Assembly: GCA_016699205.1 (NCBI GenBank)
Contig: CP064964.1
Location: forward strand, 750,001-782,000
Direction: 5' to 3'
Source: Candidatus Saccharimonadota bacterium
Lineage (GTDB): Bacteria > Patescibacteriota > Patescibacteriia > 2-12-FULL-60-25
DNA: 32,000 nucleotides
The notes beneath the pieces are model-generated. The model saw nothing but the letters and a program-made list of their open reading frames with translations, was not told where the DNA came from and made no database searches. Below, in pieces: positions 26,006 through 32,000 of the stretch (the stretch's first letter is position 1; every line of letters starts with the position of its first letter). The translations under genes were made by a program, and so were the position numbers.

Positions 26006-29000
26006 ATGGAGCCAAAGCGGGTGGTTAAAATCAAGCGTACGTTTCGGAAAACAATTGCCACGATCCTTTCCTTGATTCAATTGTCAGGAATGGGGCTTTT
26101 TCCGAATGCTCCAACATTTTTCTTGGATTTTTTCCGTGCATTACCTGCGTACGCAGCCACTCCGACAACACTCGGTTATCAGGGGCGACTTAAAAATTCT
26201 TCCAGTGTCGCATTAAGCGGTAGTTATAATTTTACTTTTCGATTGTATTCGGCTGCTTCCGGAGGCGTATCGCTTTGGACGGAGACACAGACAGGTGTAA
26301 GTGTTAGTGATGGATATTTTGCGGTTCGGCTTGGTTCTGTCACCCCGTTTCCATCGACGTTTGATTTTAATCAGCCGCTGTATCTCACCACAGAAGTGAA
26401 TAGCGATGGTGAAATGTCGCCGCGTGTTGCTGTTAATAATGTTGCGTACGCGTATACGGCTGGCGGCATCAACTCCCTCGACAGTGATCCAGTTTCCGCG
26501 ACAGGTGGAAGAATGTATTATAATACAACCGATGGCAGTTTGCGTTACTATGATGGCCAAGCGGCTCTTTGGACGATTTTAGGCTCATCCGGTTCCTCGA
26601 CGAGCTTGCAGGCAGTAACGAATGTTGGGAATAGCACGACAAATGCGTTGATTTTTGCCGGCGGAACATCGACAGCGAATTTTGTCTTTCAATCAAACGT
26701 GACGGTTGGTGGGTCAGCAACGCTTCAGAATTTTACGTTTAGCGCTGGTTCAGGAACGAGCATGGTAACGACTAACTCGACCTCAACGAATCTCTTTGCG
26801 TCCAATGCCGTGTTCACAAGTCTTTCTGTCGGCACCTTTAATCCGACCAATATTACTTGGACGAATGCAACGGGTACGAATACGACTACGACAAATTTGG
26901 GAGTGCTTGGACCCGCATCGATCGCCGGTCTTTTGACGTTTGGCTCGGCGACCGGATCGACATTGAATGCGAATAGTACGAATATCGGGAGCGGTACGAT
27001 CGGTACGCTTTCATCGGCGACGGGTACGATTGCTGTTTTGAATTCCGGGAGTGCGAATATCGCCACGCTCTTGTTTGGAAATGCGACGGGATCGACTCTA
27101 AATGCTGTTACTATTTCTGGAACGACTGTTACGACGACGGCGCTTTTTGTGAATGGTCGAGCGGTGTGTCTTGTTGACGGTACGAATTGTCCGGCCTCCG
27201 GAACCGAGAGTGATACGCTTGCTTCCGTTACCAATCGAGGCGCTTTTGCTACCTCGAGCGTCACGCTCTTTGGCGGCCTCACCACTTCCAACCTCACCGC
27301 GACTGGAACCACCTCGCTTCAGAACACCACCGCAACCAATCTCGCCTCAACGGGATTGCTCTCGTTTGTTGCTGCAACCGGCTCTACGCTTAACGCCAAC
27401 TTCGCCTCCTTCGCCTCGGCTACCATTGCCGGACAGGGGATTTGTTTGCAGAACGGCGTTGGTTGTCCGAGTACTGCTACCGAAGCCGATACCCTGGCCT
27501 CGGTTACGAACCGTGGAGCCTTTGCGACTTCAAGTGTCACGCTCTTCGGCGGCCTCACCACTTCCAACCTTACCGCCACCGGAACGCTCTCGGTTACAGG
27601 CGTTTCCTCCCTTGCCGGCGTTACCTTCACGAATGCGACGGGCACTAATGCCACGACGACGAATTTCTTTGCGACGAATGGAGTCTTCACAAATCTCATC
27701 GCTTCTACCTTCACGGTTGCAACTCTTAACACCACGAATCTCACATGGACGAATGCAACGGGTACGAATACGACTTCCACCAATCTTTTTGGTTCGAACC
27801 TCGGTTTCTCAAGCGCTACAGGAACCTCTTTGAACACAAACACGCTTAATGCCGGTTCTGTCACTCTTGGCACGGCAACGGTTTCAGGTCTGACGTCTCT
27901 CCAGAACACGGCTCTTACGAACGGAACCTCAACGAACTTTGCCTCTACCGGACTTCTCTCATTCTCGACAGCAACGGGTACCCAGATCCTCGCGAATATC
28001 GGTACATTCTCTACGGCGACGGTTTCTGGTGTCGCTGTCTGTCTTGCGAATGGCGTCGGTTGTCCAAGTGGAACCGTGCTTTCCGATACCCTCCAGTCCG
28101 TTACAGCTCGCGGAAGCTTTACGACGACCACGGTTCAGTTCTTTGGAGGTCTCACGACGAGTGATTTAACAGTTACCGGTACGGCTTCACTTCAAAATAC
28201 GACGGCAACGAATCTCGCCTCGACTGGATTGCTTTCGTTTACTTCAGCGACTGGAACTTCGTTGAATTCAAATAATGCCGCGATTGGAATTTTGTCTTTT
28301 GGTAGCGCAACCGGCTCTACGCTTAACGCAAACTTCGCTTCATTCGCCTCGGCTACCGTTGCAGGGCAGGGGATTTGTTTGCAGAACGGTGTTGGTTGTC
28401 CTTCCACCGCGACTGAAGCCGATACGCTCGCGAGCGTTACGAATCGCGGTTCCTTTGCTACATCATCAGTTACGCTGTTTGGTGGACTTACAACATCGAA
28501 CGTAACAGCAACCGGTACGCTTACTGTTGGTGGGGTATCCTCGTTGGGAGGAGTGACATTCACGGATGCGACTGGAACGAATGCTACGGCTACAAATATT
28601 TTTGCTTCAAACTTAGGATTTACGAATGCGACGGGTTCAATATTGAATGCGAATACGGTTGCCGCGGGTCTGCTCGTGTTCGGAAATGCTACTGGTGCAA
28701 CATTAAATGCTGGAGTTCTTTCCGCTTCTATTGTTACGTCGACCGCAGTGCTCGTAAACGGTATCGCTGTTTGTTTGGCGAATGGAACCAACTGTCCTTC
28801 TAGCACAAGTCCGAATTTCCAGACGGTGACGAATGCCGGTAACACGACGACGAATGCGATCCAGTTTGGAGGAGGTACTTCAACCGGAGACTTTGTCTTT
28901 AGTTCATCGGCTAGCGTTAATGGTTTACTGACTTTTGTAAGTGCCACTGGGTCGATTTTGAACGCCAACTTTGCTTCCTTCGCCTCCGCTACCGTTGCCG

Positions 29001-31660
29001 GACAGGGGATTTGTCTTCAGAACGGTGTCGGCTGTCCGTCTGCCTCAGCTGAAGCCGATACCCTGGCCTCGGTCACGAGTCGCGGAGCCTTTGCGACTTC
29101 AAGTGTGACGTTGTTTGGAGGGCTCACCACTTCCAACCTTACCGCCACCGGCACGCTCTCGGTTACAGGCGTTTCCTCCCTTGCCGGAGTTACCTTCACC
29201 AATGCCACCGGCACCAATACGACTTCCACCAATCTTTTTGGTTCGAACCTCGGTTTCTCAAACGCTACAGGAACCTCTTTGAACACAAACACGCTTAATG
29301 CCGGTTCTGTCACCCTCGGCACGGCAACGGTTTCAGGTCTGACGTCGCTTCAGAACACGGCTCTTACGAACGGAACCTCAACGAACTTTGCCTCGACAGG
29401 GCTTCTCTCGTTCTCAACCGCGACTGGTACCCAGATCCTCGCGAATATCGGTACATTCTCTACGGCGACGGTTTCTGGTGTCGCTGTCTGTCTTGCGAAT
29501 GGCGTCGGTTGTCCGAGCGGTACGGTTCTTTCCGATACGCTTCAGTCGGTCACGGCTCGCGGAAGCTTTACGACGACCACGGTTCAGTTCTTTGGAGGAT
29601 TGAGTGCGTCGAATATTACCGCGACCGGAACCACATCGCTCCAGAACACCACTGCAACGAATCTTGCTGCTACTGGATTGCTTTCGTTTACTTCAGCCAC
29701 GGGAACTTCGTTGAATTCAAATAATGCCGCGATTGGAATTTTGTCTTTTGGTAGCGCGACCGGTTCTACGCTTAATACGAATTTCGCATCCTTCGCTTCT
29801 GCAACGGTCGCGGGACAGGGGATCTGTCTCCAGAACGGTGTTGGCTGTCCTTCGGCTGCCGCTGAAGCCGATACCCTCGCTTCGGTCACGAACCGTGGAG
29901 CCTTTGCGACCACAACCCTCACGCTCTTCGGCGGCCTCACCACTTCCAACCTTACCGCCACCGGCACGCTCTCGGTTACAGGCGTTTCCTCCCTTGCCGG
30001 AGTTACCTTCACCAATGCCACCGGCACCAATACGACTTCCACCAATCTTTTTGGTTCGAACCTCGGTTTCTCAAACGCTACAGGAACCTCTTTGAACACA
30101 AACACGCTTAATGCCGGTTCTGTCACCTTCGGCACGGCAACGGTTTCAGGCCTGACGTCTCTCCAGAACACGACGCTAACAAATGGAACCTCGACGAACT
30201 TTGCTTCAACTGGATTGCTTTCGTTCTCGACGGCAACGGGTACCCAGATTCTTGCGAATATTGGTACGTTCTCGACGGCAACCGTCATGGGCGTCGCTGT
30301 GTGTTTGCAGAACGGTGTTGGTTGTCCGAGCGGTACGGTTCTTTCCGATACGCTTCAGTCGGTCACGGCTCGCGGATCATTTACAACAACGACGGTTCAG
30401 TTCTTTGGCGGCCTCACCACTTCCAACCTCACCGCCACCGGAACGACCTCACTTCAGAACACCACGGCCACCAATCTCGCTTCGACTGGATTGCTCTCGT
30501 TTGTTTCAGCGACTGGCTCTACGCTTAACGCCAACTTCGCTTCCTTCGCTTCTGCAACGGTCGCGGGACAGGGGATCTGTCTCCAGAACGGTGTTGGCTG
30601 TCCTTCGGCTGCCGCTGAAGCCGATACCCTCGCTTCGGTCACGAACCGTGGAGCCTTTGCGACCACAACCCTCACGCTCTTCGGCGGCCTCACCACTTCC
30701 AACCTTACCGCCACCGGAACGCTCTCGGTTACAGGCGTTTCCTCCCTTGCCGGCGTTACCTTCACCAATGCCACCGGCACCAATGCCACGACGACGAATT
30801 TCTTTGCGACTAATCTCGGCTTCTCAAATGCTACGGGCACTTCTCTGAACGTGAACGCGTTGTCTGCTGGCTCGGCTGTGCTTGGCACGGTGACCGTTTC
30901 CGGCTCTACCTCGCTTCAGAACACAACTCTCACGAACGGAACCTCAACGAACTTTGCTTCGACAGGACTTCTCTCGTTCTCAACCGCGACTGGTACCCAG
31001 ATCCTCGCGAATATCGGTACATTCTCGACTGCCACGGTTTCTGGTATCGCGGTCTGTCTCGCGAATGGCGTTGGTTGTCCGAGTGGAACGGTACTTTCCG
31101 ATACCCTCCAATCCGTCACGGCTCGCGGCAGCTTCACGACGACCACGGTTCAGTTCTTTGGAGGATTGAGTGCGTCGAATATTACCGCGACCGGAACCAC
31201 ATCGCTCCAGAACACCACTGCAACGAATCTTGCTGCTACTGGATTGCTTTCGTTTACTTCAGCCACGGGAACTTCGTTGAATTCAAATAATGCCGCGATT
31301 GGAATTTTGTCTTTTGGTAGCGCGACCGGTTCTACGCTTAATACGAATTTCGCATCCTTCGCTTCTGCAACGGTCGCGGGACAGGGGATCTGTCTCCAGA
31401 ACGGTGTTGGCTGTCCTTCGGCTGCCGCTGAAGCCGATACCCTCGCTTCGGTCACGAACCGTGGAGCCTTTGCGACCACAACCCTCACGCTCTTCGGCGG
31501 CCTCACCACTTCCAACCTTACCGCCACCGGCACGCTCTCGGTTACAGGCGTTTCCTCCCTTGCCGGAGTTACCTTCACCAATGCCACCGGCACCAATACG
31601 ACTTCCACCAATCTTTTGGTTCGAACCTCGGTTTCTCAAACGCTACAGGAACCTCTTTGA
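26006..31660 (+). CDS. Giant T/S/N/G/A-rich fibre-like surface protein (reading frame broken at 31614..31617; the coding repeat continues to the window end)
   Basis: 1884-aa ORF. Basic N-terminus plus a hydrophobic segment (TIATILSLIQLSGMGLF). A ~130-aa N-terminal domain (TLGYQGRLKNSS..LSGSYNFTFRLYSAASGGVSLWTETQTGVSVSDGYFAVRLG...PLYLTTEVNSDGEMSPRVAVNNVAYAYTA) resembles the N-terminal domain of tail-fibre-like proteins. Alternating repeat modules with Cys-loops follow. Confidence 0.85.
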   Translation: MEPKRVVKIKRTFRKTIATILSLIQLSGMGLFPNAPTFFLDFFRALPAYAATPTTLGYQGRLKNSSSVALSGSYNFTFRLYSAASGGVSLWTETQTGVSVSDGYFAVRLGSVTPFPSTFDFNQPLYLTTEVNSDGEMSPRVAVNNVAYAYTAGGINSLDSDPVSATGGRMYYNTTDGSLRYYDGQAALWTILGSSGSSTSLQAVTNVGNSTTNALIFAGGTSTANFVFQSNVTVGGSATLQNFTFSAGSGTSMVTTNSTSTNLFASNAVFTSLSVGTFNPTNITWTNATGTNTTTTNLGVLGPASIAGLLTFGSATGSTLNANSTNIGSGTIGTLSSATGTIAVLNSGSANIATLLFGNATGSTLNAVTISGTTVTTTALFVNGRAVCLVDGTNCPASGTESDTLASVTNRGAFATSSVTLFGGLTTSNLTATGTTSLQNTTATNLASTGLLSFVAATGSTLNANFASFASATIAGQGICLQNGVGCPSTATEADTLASVTNRGAFATSSVTLFGGLTTSNLTATGTLSVTGVSSLAGVTFTNATGTNATTTNFFATNGVFTNLIASTFTVATLNTTNLTWTNATGTNTTSTNLFGSNLGFSSATGTSLNTNTLNAGSVTLGTATVSGLTSLQNTALTNGTSTNFASTGLLSFSTATGTQILANIGTFSTATVSGVAVCLANGVGCPSGTVLSDTLQSVTARGSFTTTTVQFFGGLTTSDLTVTGTASLQNTTATNLASTGLLSFTSATGTSLNSNNAAIGILSFGSATGSTLNANFASFASATVAGQGICLQNGVGCPSTATEADTLASVTNRGSFATSSVTLFGGLTTSNVTATGTLTVGGVSSLGGVTFTDATGTNATATNIFASNLGFTNATGSILNANTVAAGLLVFGNATGATLNAGVLSASIVTSTAVLVNGIAVCLANGTNCPSSTSPNFQTVTNAGNTTTNAIQFGGGTSTGDFVFSSSASVNGLLTFVSATGSILNANFASFASATVAGQGICLQNGVGCPSASAEADTLASVTSRGAFATSSVTLFGGLTTSNLTATGTLSVTGVSSLAGVTFTNATGTNTTSTNLFGSNLGFSNATGTSLNTNTLNAGSVTLGTATVSGLTSLQNTALTNGTSTNFASTGLLSFSTATGTQILANIGTFSTATVSGVAVCLANGVGCPSGTVLSDTLQSVTARGSFTTTTVQFFGGLSASNITATGTTSLQNTTATNLAATGLLSFTSATGTSLNSNNAAIGILSFGSATGSTLNTNFASFASATVAGQGICLQNGVGCPSAAAEADTLASVTNRGAFATTTLTLFGGLTTSNLTATGTLSVTGVSSLAGVTFTNATGTNTTSTNLFGSNLGFSNATGTSLNTNTLNAGSVTFGTATVSGLTSLQNTTLTNGTSTNFASTGLLSFSTATGTQILANIGTFSTATVMGVAVCLQNGVGCPSGTVLSDTLQSVTARGSFTTTTVQFFGGLTTSNLTATGTTSLQNTTATNLASTGLLSFVSATGSTLNANFASFASATVAGQGICLQNGVGCPSAAAEADTLASVTNRGAFATTTLTLFGGLTTSNLTATGTLSVTGVSSLAGVTFTNATGTNATTTNFFATNLGFSNATGTSLNVNALSAGSAVLGTVTVSGSTSLQNTTLTNGTSTNFASTGLLSFSTATGTQILANIGTFSTATVSGIAVCLANGVGCPSGTVLSDTLQSVTARGSFTTTTVQFFGGLSASNITATGTTSLQNTTATNLAATGLLSFTSATGTSLNSNNAAIGILSFGSATGSTLNTNFASFASATVAGQGICLQNGVGCPSAAAEADTLASVTNRGAFATTTLTLFGGLTTSNLTATGTLSVTGVSSLAGVTFTNATGTNTTSTNLLVRTSVSQTLQEPL

Positions 31661-32000
31661 ACACAAACACGCTTAATGCCGGTTCTGTCACCTTCGGCAC
31701 GGCAACGGTTTCAGGCCTGACGTCTCTCCAGAACACGACGCTAACAAATGGAACCTCGACGAACTTTGCTTCAACTGGATTGCTTTCGTTCTCGACGGCA
31801 ACGGGTACCCAGATCCTCGCGAATATCGGTACGTTCTCGACTGCCACGGTTTCTGGTATCGCGGTCTGTCTCGCGAATGGCGTTGGTTGTCCGAGTGGAA
31901 CGGTACTTTCCGATACCCTCCAATCCGTCACGGCTCGCGGATCATTTACAACAACGACAGTTCAGTTCTTTGGCGGCCTCACCACTTCCAACCTCACCGC
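27150..32000 (+). repeat. Hierarchical coding repeat array (sub-units ~280/334/477 bp; 1566-bp near-perfect super-repeat)
   Basis: Cys-loop codons (TGTCC) recur near 27190, 27465, 28063, 28396, 28797, 29033, 29511, 29845, 30321, 30600, 31077, 31411 and 31887. By eye, 29581..30249 is identical to 31147..31813 except for one missing T. Confidence 0.9.
31618..32000 (+). CDS. Continuation of the giant repeat protein in the +2 frame after a 1-nt deletion (partial, runs off window)
   Basis: From 31618 the frame GGT TCG AAC CTC GGT TTC TCA AAC GCT ACA... is open to base 32000. It encodes the same module sequence (GSNLGFSNATGTSLNTNTLNAGSVTFGTATVSGLTSLQNTTLTNG...) found at 30049 onward. Confidence 0.8.

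Noticed and set aside
26213-31931. Many long ORFs on the minus strand and in alternate plus frames across the giant gene (for example 27319..28131, 28192..28968, 29584..30288, 30183..30848)
   Set aside because: They mirror the repeat periodicity of the sense frame and encode low-complexity V/P/A/R-rich strings. They lack starts with RBS and arise from the biased codon composition (few TTA/CTA/TCA in the sense frame). They are shadow ORFs.
27150-32000. Repeat array as a possible CRISPR locus
   Set aside because: The repeats are hundreds of bp long, lie in one continuous reading frame and encode protein modules. There is no short-repeat/unique-spacer architecture and there are no cas genes.

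Overview
Bacterial chromosomal segment, roughly 50% GC with strong local swings. Housekeeping genes alternate with large cell-surface loci and orphan genes. The overall style resembles an uncultured small-genome lineage such as CPR/Patescibacteria: a 23S-5S operon with no 16S, many unrecognisable genes, giant repeat proteins and a cohesin/dockerin pair. I cannot verify that placement without a database search. Standard genetic code: TGA ends several well-supported genes. Housekeeping features: rpsF-ssb-rpsR (620..1873), epmA/genX-like EF-P lysyl ligase (2468..3469), efp (4076..4639), tRNA-Leu(UAG) (10578..10664), rlmH (14195..14677, minus), and 23S (about 15155..18128) plus 5S (18273..18392) rRNA. 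Accessory content: (i) two convergently terminated large secreted repeat proteins on the minus strand (4739..9896) that share a roughly 130-aa domain at opposite termini; (ii) a tandem pair of membrane-anchored paralogs, one carrying a duplicated 6-Cys module (11224..12382); (iii) an orphan-gene cluster with mosaic composition after the rRNA operon (18473..21036); (iv) a surface locus of flippase, dockerin protein, cohesin protein and a giant (>1,990 aa) fibre-like protein made of near-identical kilobase-scale repeats, which runs off the window end (22478..32000). Three reading-frame disruptions stand out: an in-frame TAA inside a repeat module (8304..8306), a frameshift splitting a PP2C phosphatase (about 13680..13740), and a T5-to-T4 tract frameshift in the giant gene (31614..31617). 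Each could be biological (pseudogene, phase variation, recoding) or an assembly error. The best candidate for a new system is the dockerin-cohesin-giant fibre surface locus.
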